From positions 3,392,001 through 3,456,000 of the forward strand of contig OZ245365.1 of the NCBI GenBank assembly GCA_965226495.1: DNA of 64,000 bases, read 5' to 3'. Below are positions 1 to 9,204 of the stretch, one piece after another (position 1 is the stretch's first letter; every line of letters starts with the position of its first letter). This stretch comes from Candidatus Marinacidobacterales bacterium. Lineage in GTDB: Bacteria; Acidobacteriota; Vicinamibacteria; Marinacidobacterales; DATDRI01. The notes beneath the pieces were generated by a model. That model had not been told where the DNA came from. It saw only the letters and a program-made list of their open reading frames with translations, and made no database searches. The position numbers and the translations under genes were made by a program.

Positions 1-198
1 GCCGCCACGAGGACCGTGCCCCGGTCCGCCGCGACCGCGACGACCGCGCCAATGTTCCTCAGACGGTTCTTTTGATTCTTGTGAACCAGCTTCGAGTGCC
101 TCGCTGTTGGCAGGGACGGCGGCGACCGAACCTGCGCCCACTATGATGGTAGCCAACGCGAGGAGGCTCATCCAACTAACCAGTTTCTTTGTGTTCAT
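1..198 (-). CDS. Partial (3' end outside window) secreted Gly/Arg-rich protein, Spy/CpxP-like
   Basis: ATG at 198 after GGAGGAAAGGAG; reads MNTKKLVSWMSLLALATIIVGAGSVAA...RGRRGRGGPGHGPRGG with no stop; divergent from the HK/RR pair. Confidence 0.55.
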   Translation of the reverse strand, partial: MNTKKLVSWMSLLALATIIVGAGSVAAVPANSEALEAGSQESKEPSEEHWRGRRGRGGPGHGPRGG

Positions 199-284
199 CG
201 CTTGTTGCTCCTTTCCTCCACCTGTCGGGGCGGATTCGAATCTGTTTTCCATCAAACCTAGCCTAGCGCGGCGAAACGAAAAAG

Positions 285-322
285 TGGTTAAGTCTTGGAT
301 AAGAATTTGTAAAGAATGTAAA
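285..322. promoter_or_regulatory. OmpR/CpxR-type tandem direct-repeat operator
   Basis: TGGTTAAG/TGGATAAG/TTGTAAAG at 11-bp period plus GTAAA-N4-GTAAA, between divergent genes. Confidence 0.45.
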
Positions 323-364
323 ATCTCGATGCGCTGCAACGCACTGTAAACGCAGGATGTTAGA

Positions 365-2173
365 ATGTCAGTGATGTCATCCTACCGCCCGAGCGTACCC
401 GTCAACTTGAAGACCGCGGTGGGGCTCCTCGCCCTGCTTACGCTCCTTGCGATCCTCCAGTATCGATGGCTCGGCCAGGTGAGCGAGGCCGAGCACGAGA
501 GGATGAGCGCCAACCTCCGCACCGCGATCACGAACTTCGCAAATGACTTCGACCGAGAAATCGCGCGCGCTTTCCTCTATTTCCATCTGAATCCGAGAGT
601 GGACATGACATCGCGCACCGATCACCTCGCGGAGCGATACCGCCTTTGGCAGGACGAATCCCCGGACCCGGAGCTGGTCAAGGGCCTCTTCCTGGCCGAG
701 CGCAACAACGAGGGTCGCCTAGAGCTGATGCGCCTCGATCCGGCGCGAGGTCGGTTCGAGTCGACGTCCTGGACCGGCGAGCTCGATCCGCTGCGGCAGC
801 GACTCCAGGATCGGCGTGTCTCAGGTCCTCTTCAACGAGAACCGATGCCGCTTCTTGTCCGCGACGACATTCCGGCACTCGTGATCCCCGCCCCCCCATC
901 CGGATCACGAAGCCGATTCGGTGACCGACGAGAGCGATTCACCAAACCCCAACTGGACGCTTTCGTCATCGTTCAGCTCGCGCTCCCGTATATCGAAGAC
1001 ACGTTTCTGCCCGAGCTAGCGAGTCGCTATTTCGAAACGCGAGGGAGGCTCGACTACGAGCTGGTCGTTTTCCGCGTCGACGGCTTACGGACGATCCTCT
1101 TTCAGTCTGACGCGGGTCATTCTTTCGTGGAAGGCGATGCTAGCGCGGAACTACTCGGCCCCGTCCGCTTCGAAGATCTTCGTCGTCTATGGCTCGAGAC
1201 AGGATTCGGAATGGAAGGTCGCCCACCGGGAGGACAACCGTTCGGACGAGGCCGATCCCGCGGCTCGCGGTTTCCCGACACCGAGGTTGAGGAGGTCGGC
1301 GCTTGGCGGCTAGTAGTGCGCCATCGGGCCGGATCTCTCGAGGCCGCGGTCTCCCAAGCGCGCCGCCGCAATCTCGCCGTCAGTCTCGGTATCCTCGCTC
1401 TTCTGGCTGTGAGTGTCGCCATGATCGTTCTCTCCACGCAGCGTGCTCAGCGATTGGCGAAGCAACAAGTTGAGTTCGTGGCCGGTGTCACTCACGAGCT
1501 CCAGACTCCGCTCGCCGTGATTCGTTCCGCCGGCCAGAATCTCGCCGATGGGGTCGTAGATGGGCCGAAACAAACCAGAGAGTACGGTTCTCTCGTCGAA
1601 AAGGAGGGGCGGCGTCTCTCAGGCATGGTCGATCAGGTGTTGGAGTTCGCGGGACTGCAATCGCAAGGGAGGGCTCTCGCCATCGAGGCGGTTCCGATCG
1701 ATCGCGTCATCGAGTCCGCCCTTTCCGACTGTGGAGCCGCGATAGAGGAATCGGGGGTCCGAGTGGACAAAGAGGTCGTGCCCCACCTCGCCGCTATGGC
1801 CGATGCGCCTGCCTTGCGACGCGCGATTCAAAACCTAGTCGATAACGCGATCAAGTACGGCGGAGATGAAAAATGGGTCGGCATTCGTGCGAAGGCTAGC
1901 AGGGAAGGCAGAAAACGCGAAGTCCTGATCACGATAGCCGACAACGGGCCCGGCATCCCGGCAGAGGATCTGCCTCACGTTTTCGAGCCTTTCTATCGCG
2001 GGAAAAAGGCCCAGGCCGGACGAGCGCGTGGGAGCGGCCTAGGGCTCGCACTGGTTCGCCAAATCATCGAGGGACACGGTGGGAGAATCACCGTCAAGAG
2101 CGCCAAGGGACAAGGTGCGACTTTCCACATTCACCTCCCTCACATCCCTGCAGGCACCGAGCCAAACAAATAG
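365..2173 (+). CDS. Membrane sensor histidine kinase (HisKA + HATPase)
   Basis: Two TM segments, H-box VTHELQTPL, N-box NLVDNAIKY, G-boxes DNGPG and GSGLGL. Confidence 0.95.
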   Translation: MSVMSSYRPSVPVNLKTAVGLLALLTLLAILQYRWLGQVSEAEHERMSANLRTAITNFANDFDREIARAFLYFHLNPRVDMTSRTDHLAERYRLWQDESPDPELVKGLFLAERNNEGRLELMRLDPARGRFESTSWTGELDPLRQRLQDRRVSGPLQREPMPLLVRDDIPALVIPAPPSGSRSRFGDRRERFTKPQLDAFVIVQLALPYIEDTFLPELASRYFETRGRLDYELVVFRVDGLRTILFQSDAGHSFVEGDASAELLGPVRFEDLRRLWLETGFGMEGRPPGGQPFGRGRSRGSRFPDTEVEEVGAWRLVVRHRAGSLEAAVSQARRRNLAVSLGILALLAVSVAMIVLSTQRAQRLAKQQVEFVAGVTHELQTPLAVIRSAGQNLADGVVDGPKQTREYGSLVEKEGRRLSGMVDQVLEFAGLQSQGRALAIEAVPIDRVIESALSDCGAAIEESGVRVDKEVVPHLAAMADAPALRRAIQNLVDNAIKYGGDEKWVGIRAKASREGRKREVLITIADNGPGIPAEDLPHVFEPFYRGKKAQAGRARGSGLGLALVRQIIEGHGGRITVKSAKGQGATFHIHLPHIPAGTEPNK

Positions 2174-2185
2174 AAGCCAGTCAAA

Positions 2186-2872
2186 ATGAAATCCAGAGTC
2201 TTGCTGGTCGAGGACGAGCCCGGTCTCGTGTTGACCTTGAGTGATCGACTCGCCAAAGAGGGATACGCGGTGGCGGCGGCCGCCGACGGCGAGGAAGGCT
2301 TGAGGCAGGCGACTTCGGAGTCGTTTGATCTCGTTATCTTGGACGTGATGCTTCCAGGCAAGAGTGGTTTCGATGTGTGTCGCGATCTACGCCAAAAGGG
2401 GTTTCAGAAGCCGATCCTCATGCTGACGGCCCGGGGACAGGTCACCGACAAGGTCGTGGGTCTGAAGCTGGGAGCAGACGACTACCTTACGAAGCCCTTC
2501 GAAATGATGGAGCTCTTGGCGCGCATCGAGGCCTTGCTACGCCGCACCCCTACCGGAGAAGCCGCTCCCACCGGAACGTATCGATTCGGCAACGTCGAGA
2601 TCGACTTCCGACGCGCCGAAGTATCGCGCGACGGAAAACCGATAGAGCTCTCTGCCCTCGAGCTCAAGCTCCTTCGTTACTTTATCGAGCACCGCGGGGC
2701 GACCATCTCGAGGGACGAGCTTCTCAACGAGGTCTGGGGTTACGATTCGATGCCGCACTCACGGACGGTGGACGTCCACGTCTCCTGGCTACGCCAAAAA
2801 ATAGAAACGAATCCCTCTCATCCCGAGTTCATCGTGACGATTCATGGGCTAGGATATAAGTTCGTCGGCTAG
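2186..2872 (+). CDS. OmpR/PhoB-family response regulator
   Basis: VEDE, ILDVMLP, GADDYLTKPF, winged helix RTVDVHV...GLGYKF. Confidence 0.97.
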   Translation: MKSRVLLVEDEPGLVLTLSDRLAKEGYAVAAAADGEEGLRQATSESFDLVILDVMLPGKSGFDVCRDLRQKGFQKPILMLTARGQVTDKVVGLKLGADDYLTKPFEMMELLARIEALLRRTPTGEAAPTGTYRFGNVEIDFRRAEVSRDGKPIELSALELKLLRYFIEHRGATISRDELLNEVWGYDSMPHSRTVDVHVSWLRQKIETNPSHPEFIVTIHGLGYKFVG

Positions 2873-2905
2873 TGCCCCCGACTGTAATGGGGCACCGGGT
2901 GTGCC

Positions 2906-4381
2906 TCAAATCATCCGTGCGGTGCCCGGTTCGCGGGCGATGAACTTTCCTTGCCCCACTCTTCCGGTGAACTTCTGATCCTCGACGACGACTTGTCCAC
3001 GAAGCAAGACCTTGGCCGGCACTCCCGTCACTTCCCTTCCTTCGTAAGGGTTGTAGTCGACCTTCATACGGTGGGTCTTAGCGCTAGTTCGTCGGACCTT
3101 GGCCGGCACTCCCGTCACTTCCCTTCCTTCGTAAGGGTTGTAGTCGACCTTCATACGGTGGGTCTTAGCGCTAATGGTCCATTTTGCATTCGGATCCCAT
3201 ATCAATAGGTCAGCGTCGGCACCTACGGTTATGGAACCCTTGCGCGGATAGAGTCCGAAGATCTTCGCCGGCTTCGTGCTGACGAGCTCGACGAAACGGT
3301 TGAGAGAAATCCGACCCGTTCGCACCCCACCATCGTGTAGGAGCATCAGACGAGTCTCGATACCGGGTGCGCCGTTGGGGATCTTGGAAAAGTCGTCCTT
3401 ACCGATCTCCTTCTGTTCCTTCATGCAGAAGCTGCAATGGTCGGTAGAGACCGCCTGAAGAGCGTCCGTCTTGATGCCGTTCCATAGTCGCTCCTCGTTG
3501 CCCTTTGGACGTAGTGGAGGAGACATCACGAACTTAGCGCCCTCGAATCCGGGTCGCTCGTAATCTTCGTCCGAAAGAAATAGATACTGAGGACACGTTT
3601 CGGCGTAGGCTGGAAATCCGCGTTCTCGGGCACGCCGGACCTCTTCCATGGCGTCGCCCGCAGACAGGTGGACGATATAGACAGGCACGTCGGCCATTTC
3701 GGCGAGTGCAATGGCGCGGCGCGTCGCTTCGGCCTCGGCACCCATCGGGCGCGTCAACGCGTGCCATTTCGGCTCGGTATGCCCCTCGGCCAGGGCGCGT
3801 TGCACGAGAGTATCGATGACTCCGCCATTCTCGGCGTGCATACAGACCAACCCACCGTTATCCTTGGTGCGGAGCAAGGCGCGAAAGATCGTCGCATCGT
3901 CCACCATGAAGACGCCGGGGTAGGCCATGAAGAGCTTGAAGCTGGTGATGCCCTCGCGAACCAATTCATCCATCTCCTTCAGGTGGGATTCCTTGAGCTC
4001 CCGCACGATGGTGTGAAAGGCGTAATCCATGGCCGCCTTTCCCTCGGCGCGACCGAACCAAGCGTCCACCCCGGCGCGCAGAGACTTTCCGAAATCTTGA
4101 ATTGCGAAATCGATAAGCGTCGTCGTACCACCGCAAACCGCCGCCGTCGTTCCGCTCTCCCAATCGTCTGCGGTCACCGTACCGCCAAATGGCATCTCTA
4201 GATGAGTATGGACGTCGATTCCGCCAGGCATCACGTACTTGCCGCTAGCGTCGATCGTCTCGTGCGCTTTCAGCTCCGTTCCTATGGTGGCGATCCTTTC
4301 GCCGCGGATACCGACGTCGGCGGTGTAGGTGTCGTCTGCGGTAACCACCGTGCCACCTTTTATGACCTTGTCCAGTGTCAT
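2906..4381 (-). CDS. hydA: Dihydropyrimidinase / D-hydantoinase
   Basis: PGGIDVHTH, SFKLFMAY, MHAENG, STDHC, IPNGAPGIE motifs; carries an 87-bp in-frame duplication. Confidence 0.93.
   Translation of the reverse strand: MTLDKVIKGGTVVTADDTYTADVGIRGERIATIGTELKAHETIDASGKYVMPGGIDVHTHLEMPFGGTVTADDWESGTTAAVCGGTTTLIDFAIQDFGKSLRAGVDAWFGRAEGKAAMDYAFHTIVRELKESHLKEMDELVREGITSFKLFMAYPGVFMVDDATIFRALLRTKDNGGLVCMHAENGGVIDTLVQRALAEGHTEPKWHALTRPMGAEAEATRRAIALAEMADVPVYIVHLSAGDAMEEVRRARERGFPAYAETCPQYLFLSDEDYERPGFEGAKFVMSPPLRPKGNEERLWNGIKTDALQAVSTDHCSFCMKEQKEIGKDDFSKIPNGAPGIETRLMLLHDGGVRTGRISLNRFVELVSTKPAKIFGLYPRKGSITVGADADLLIWDPNAKWTISAKTHRMKVDYNPYEGREVTGVPAKVRRTSAKTHRMKVDYNPYEGREVTGVPAKVLLRGQVVVEDQKFTGRVGQGKFIAREPGTARMI
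3008..3173. repeat. Exact 79-bp direct repeat, 87-bp period, inside hydA
   Basis: 3008-3086 identical to 3095-3173, separated by GTTCGTCG. Confidence 0.95.
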
Positions 4382-4522
4382 GGGATCCCCCCCTTATGAG
4401 GAAATTCGGAAGTTGAAGTTCAGAAAAAGAGAATACTGAGCTAGTTGCGCGAAAGCAAGCCTCCCGTAGCGTTTACACCCATGGTCGTAGCCCAATGATT
4501 CCCCAATAAGACAAGTAGAGCA

Positions 4523-4963
4523 TCACTGTGACGTTGGCGATTGAAACCAGCAAGGAATGAATGCGGACGCTTCCCAGCGATTTTCGAACTCGATCTCGGG
4601 GGCGAGATCGCTGAGCTTGTCATTCAAATCGAGCTTGCCCTGCTCTTGCAGCATCAGGACGGCAAGTCCCACGAAGCTCTTCGAGATGGAACCGATTCGG
4701 AAGAGCGTGTCCGGAGTGACCTTTCGCCCGGTGGCGAGGTCGACCCTGCCGATCCCCTCGAGCCATAGCACCTCGTCGCGCGACACCAACGCCACGCCCG
4801 CACCCACCGTCTTGCTCTCGTCCAAGATCTTTCGGAGGGCTTGCTCGAGCTCTGCCAGGTCTTTCGGTGACGCCGACTCGTTTTCTTATCCCGCCATAGA
4901 GAGCCGAGATATACCAAGACAGGAGCTGAGGAGGATGGTTGCCCAGAACCAACGCGGGCCCAT
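4523..4963 (-). pseudogene. Serine hydrolase (beta-lactamase family) remnant
   Basis: Signal peptide MGPRWFWATILL..., in-frame TAA at 4886-4888, FRIGSISKSF (SxxK), family-like sequence ends after ENRWEA. Confidence 0.8.
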
Positions 4964-5170
4964 GCGGCTCATGCAGCCTACCCTACCATGAGGGCCCGTC
5001 TTGCGTTCGAGCCCCCCCCGCCCGCGGTGTTAGCCCATCCGCGCGCGGTGATAGTATGTTCGCCCCATGGGCGACCAGAAGGACGGCGCTCGTTACGGGA
5101 GAGGTCTCAGGCAGAGAACTGTTCGCTTTCGCACCCTCGCCGCTCGCAAGGGCGGGGGTTGGAGGACCGC

Positions 5171-7873
5171 ATGAATCCGAGAAACCGCCGTCTCGTCTTT
5201 CTCCTTCCCTTCCTGATCGGCCTGGCCACGATTGGCCATCCAGCCACCGCAGGAGAAGACTTCGAGTTCTGGCACGGTGCTCAGTACGACCCCGCGGTAC
5301 CCACGATGAATGCGGTCTTGGGCCACGCCCCCGGCGAGCGCATCGTCTCTCACGCCGAGCTCATGACCTACCTCCGCGCACTCGAGGCCGCCCAACCAGA
5401 TCGTATGAGAGTCGTGGAGTACGCCCGAAGCTGGGAGGGCCGTGAGCTAGTCAATGCGTTCATCGGATCGAAGCAAAACATCGCGAGAATGGATGAAATC
5501 AGTGACGGGATGAAGCGCCTGGCGGACCCACGCAAGACCTCCGAAAGTGAGGCACGTGATCTCATCGATTCCCTACCAGCGATCACCTGGCTGGCGTACG
5601 GAGTTCACGGAAACGAGATCTCCTCGCCCGACGCCAGCCTCTTGACCGCCTATCACCTTCTCGCAAGCCGGGGCGACGAGGTCGTAGACAGGATCCTGGC
5701 GAACACGCTGGTGGTGCTCGATCCCACCCAAAACCCCGACGGCCGGGACCGCTTCGTTCACAACTACCGCATCGCCGAGGGACTCGTCCCGCAAGCACAT
5801 CCTTTGGCGGCTGAGCACAACGAACCATGGCCTGGCGGACGGACCAATCATTACTACTTCGATTTGAACCGAGACTGGTTGGCTCTTACCCAACCGGAAA
5901 CGCGGGGGCGGGTTCGCACCCTGCAGGATTGGTTTCCGACCATCTTCGTCGATCTCCACGAGATGGGATCGAACTCGACGTACTACTTCTCGCCGGAGGC
6001 GCTCCCGTACAGTCCCCACATCACGTCGCGGCAACGTGCGAACCTCGAGACCTATGGTCGGAACAACGCCAAGTGGTTCGATCGCTTTGGCTTCGATTAC
6101 TTCACGCGCGAAGTCTTCGATGCCTTCTATCCTGGCTACGGAGCGAGCTGGCCCCTCTACCACGGGAGCATCGCAACGACCTATGAACAGGCCTCGGCGC
6201 GTGGGCTCGTGACGCGGCGGGCGGACAGTGTCGACCTCACCTTCCGGGAAACCGTGCGGCATCACTTCGTGAGCTCCATCTCGACGGCGGAGACCACCGC
6301 GCGCCATCGTTCTGAGCTCTTGGCCGATTTCTACCACTATCGTGCGACCGCCATCGAGGAAGGTCGGAGCGAGGCAATCCGTGAGTATATCCTCCCCAAT
6401 CGCGGCGACCGTTCGACCGTTCTCAAGCTAGCCAGCCTGATGGCCGAGCATGGAGTCGAGGTCCGCCGTTCCAACTCGACGCTTCGAGCCTGCGGCCGTG
6501 AGTACGCGGAGGGTAGCTACGCGATCTCGATGGCGCAGCCGACGAACCGGCTCATCCGAATGCTGCTCGATCCGGAAGTTCCCATGGAAGCGGACTTTCT
6601 CGAGGAACAGGAGCGACGACGACGGCGGCGCGAACCGGATGAAATCTACGACGTCACCGGTTGGTCTTTGCCCTTGATGTTCAACGTGGAATGCGTCCCT
6701 TGCGGCGAAGAGGCTCAGGGGGATTTCGAGAACGTGAAGCCTCCGCGTATCCTTCCGGGAGAACTGAAGGGTGACAAGGCGACGGTGGCGTACCTCGCGC
6801 CCTGGGGAACCGCGGCCGCAGCCAGGCTTCTCTCGGCGGCACTTCGCGAAGGGCTTAGGGTCTTCAGCACCGACAAGCCTTTCACTCAGAGCGGCAGGCG
6901 GTTCCCTTCTGGGACACTCATCTTTAAGGTGAGCCAGAACCCGGCGAACCTGCACGACATTCTTACATCGCTCTCCTATTCGACCGGCGCAGAGATTCAC
7001 AGCACCGATACCGGCTGGGTCGAGGAAGGCGTCAACTTCGGCAGTCGCAACGTCGTCCACGTCCGACGACCGAGAGTGGCTCTGGCTTGGGATCGGCCCA
7101 CCCGCGCCTACTCCGCCGGCTCGACGCGCTTCGTCCTCGAGCGGCAGTTCGATTACCCGGTTACACCGATCCGCACTCGGCAGCTCGTCGACGCTGACTT
7201 GAGTCTCTTCGACGTCTTGATCCTCCCGGATGGAACGTACGACTCGGCCTTCCCTTCGGCTACTGCGGAGCGACTCGAAGCCTGGGTTCGAGCCGGTGGC
7301 ACGCTCATCGGTGTGGCAGGCGCCGTCGACTACCTAGCAGACGACGATGTGGGACTACTGAGCCTCCAGCGGGAGAGAAGGGCTGGCAAAGCCGCCGAGG
7401 AAAAGATCAAGCCGAACGATTCCAACGGCAGCACCGAAGGAAGTCTCCTCGCTAGCGAAAGTGACTACCTAGAGGCCATCGAGCCGGAGTCGGAACAACC
7501 CGACAGCGTCCCGGGAGTGCTGGTGCGGGCACGACTCGATCCCGATAGCTGGGTGACCGCCGGCCTCGAAGGCTCGGTCAACGCCCTTGTCAATGGACGA
7601 CGGATCTTCTCGCCCATCACTCTCGACCATGGACTGAACGCGGCGACGTTCGCCGGAGCAGACGAGCTGGTGGCGAGCGGCTACATGTGGGAGGAGAATC
7701 GACGACAACTCGCCTATAAGCCTTTCGTCGTCGTCGAGAGTCACGGTCGCGGTGTGGTCGTAGGATTCACGACGGATCCAACATTCCGCGCCTATCTGGA
7801 TGGCTTGAATGTCTTGTTTCTGAACGCCGTCTTCCGCGCTCCGGCACGAGCCCGCCCAGCGGTCGCCCCCTAA
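5171..7873 (+). CDS. Secreted M14-family zinc carboxypeptidase-like protein
   Basis: GGAGG RBS, signal peptide, VHGNE, NPDG, DLNRD, DLHEM. Confidence 0.9.
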   Translation: MNPRNRRLVFLLPFLIGLATIGHPATAGEDFEFWHGAQYDPAVPTMNAVLGHAPGERIVSHAELMTYLRALEAAQPDRMRVVEYARSWEGRELVNAFIGSKQNIARMDEISDGMKRLADPRKTSESEARDLIDSLPAITWLAYGVHGNEISSPDASLLTAYHLLASRGDEVVDRILANTLVVLDPTQNPDGRDRFVHNYRIAEGLVPQAHPLAAEHNEPWPGGRTNHYYFDLNRDWLALTQPETRGRVRTLQDWFPTIFVDLHEMGSNSTYYFSPEALPYSPHITSRQRANLETYGRNNAKWFDRFGFDYFTREVFDAFYPGYGASWPLYHGSIATTYEQASARGLVTRRADSVDLTFRETVRHHFVSSISTAETTARHRSELLADFYHYRATAIEEGRSEAIREYILPNRGDRSTVLKLASLMAEHGVEVRRSNSTLRACGREYAEGSYAISMAQPTNRLIRMLLDPEVPMEADFLEEQERRRRRREPDEIYDVTGWSLPLMFNVECVPCGEEAQGDFENVKPPRILPGELKGDKATVAYLAPWGTAAAARLLSAALREGLRVFSTDKPFTQSGRRFPSGTLIFKVSQNPANLHDILTSLSYSTGAEIHSTDTGWVEEGVNFGSRNVVHVRRPRVALAWDRPTRAYSAGSTRFVLERQFDYPVTPIRTRQLVDADLSLFDVLILPDGTYDSAFPSATAERLEAWVRAGGTLIGVAGAVDYLADDDVGLLSLQRERRAGKAAEEKIKPNDSNGSTEGSLLASESDYLEAIEPESEQPDSVPGVLVRARLDPDSWVTAGLEGSVNALVNGRRIFSPITLDHGLNAATFAGADELVASGYMWEENRRQLAYKPFVVVESHGRGVVVGFTTDPTFRAYLDGLNVLFLNAVFRAPARARPAVAP

Positions 7874-7896
7874 CTTAGTGCCGTTCTTCCCTTACT

Positions 7897-7938
7897 CCCT
7901 CTCCCCTCTCCGGCACGGGAGAGGGCCGGGGTGAGGGG
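7897..7938 (-). repeat. REP-like palindrome (CCCTCACCC..CCCTCTCCC..GGGAGAGGG family)
   Basis: Hairpin between convergent genes; related copies at 29533, 39646 and 49891. Confidence 0.75.
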
Positions 7939-8730
7939 TTACGGCTCCGCCCAAATCAGTATACGTTTGAAAGTGAAAAGGAACGGGCGCGCGTCGCTTA
8001 GTCGAGGTAGCAGCCGATCCCGATACCGCCCGAGAAAATCTCGGAACTCTTCATCGGACAATAGGCGCTCGTAAGCTGTAAGCAGGGAGCCCTTCAGCCA
8101 CTCCACGACCTCTTCCTTCAAAGCCAGGCGGTGCGGGTATACCTGTAATCGAACGTGTTGCTCCCGGTAGCCCAGTTCCTCGAGGAGCGAGGAATAGTCT
8201 TCGGGCTCGAGGACGAAGAGCGGATGGGTATACCCCCCGAGTGCTTCGCGAAAAGGCGATTCCTCAGCAATTTCTCGTGCGGTCTCGTGAAAGACGTGAT
8301 CGAAGTTCGCGGGAACCTGTATGGCAAGTTGCCCGTCGTCGGCGAGTGTCGTCGTGAGCCGGGTGAGAAGCCGTCGATGATCCGGGACCCAGTGTAAGGC
8401 GGCGTTCGAGAAAACGAGGTCGTACTCGGCTTGTGCGTCAATGTTAGCCGGGTCGGCGAAATCAGCAATGTCTTCGTGGCGAAAGCTCAGTCTCTCGTCG
8501 GCCCACGTGCCTGCCTTTTCGAGCATGGCTTCGGAGCTATCGATGCCAACGGTCTTCAGCGCCCCCAAACGGCGATGGAGCTCATCGGTCAGCTCTCCAG
8601 GCCCGCATCCTAGATCCACGACTCGCATCTGCGACTTCGAGCGCACCAGTGCCAAAAGATCGAAGAAGGGCTGTTTGCGCTCCACCCGAAACTGCCCGTA
8701 CTGCATCGGGTCCCAGGGATCTCTTTTCAT
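7939..8730 (-). CDS. tam: Trans-aconitate 2-methyltransferase-like SAM methyltransferase
   Basis: WDPxQY..F..ER.QPF, VVDLGCGPG, FSNAALHW, LAIQVP, FKRI. Confidence 0.85.
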   Translation of the reverse strand: MKRDPWDPMQYGQFRVERKQPFFDLLALVRSKSQMRVVDLGCGPGELTDELHRRLGALKTVGIDSSEAMLEKAGTWADERLSFRHEDIADFADPANIDAQAEYDLVFSNAALHWVPDHRRLLTRLTTTLADDGQLAIQVPANFDHVFHETAREIAEESPFREALGGYTHPLFVLEPEDYSSLLEELGYREQHVRLQVYPHRLALKEEVVEWLKGSLLTAYERLLSDEEFRDFLGRYRDRLLPRLSDARPFLFTFKRILIWAEP

Positions 8731-9204
8731 CTCTCTATATATACAACTCTACTCGGGAGAAAAACGAGCGCACTGAGAAAACGTAGATTCTTTCCAAATG
8801 TCGGCTGACTTTTTTTCAATTGTCTATTCCCCCCCACCGTGCGGTTGTGATAGGAGTCACTTTATCTACATCCGTGCACTAGGCACTGTGGCCGCCTCGC
8901 AAGGTCGGCCACCCAGGTTCCACCCAACTCGGTTTCTAGCATTATGGAAGCAGGGGGCACTAATGTGGGCATCTGTCTCCCCGATGGGGGGGAATCCACA
9001 CGGCGTACGCGATGCATCCGCGCCAAAAGGCCTCTATCCACCCGGACTGAGGGGGTTTCCCGTTACGCTCCATGGAGTTGAGGCCGGCGCGCCGTGGCCC
9101 GCTTATTGCATTTAGGGGGGGTGTGCCGAATAGCACGAACACCATTCTCTGATCTTCAAAGCGAGAACCGACCCATCAGACTCTCGATCTGAAAAAGTAA
9201 GAAG

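Noticed and set aside
4886-4888. Stop-codon read-through in the serine hydrolase
   Set aside because: The codon is TAA and the gene is also 3'-truncated, so a pseudogene is the simpler explanation
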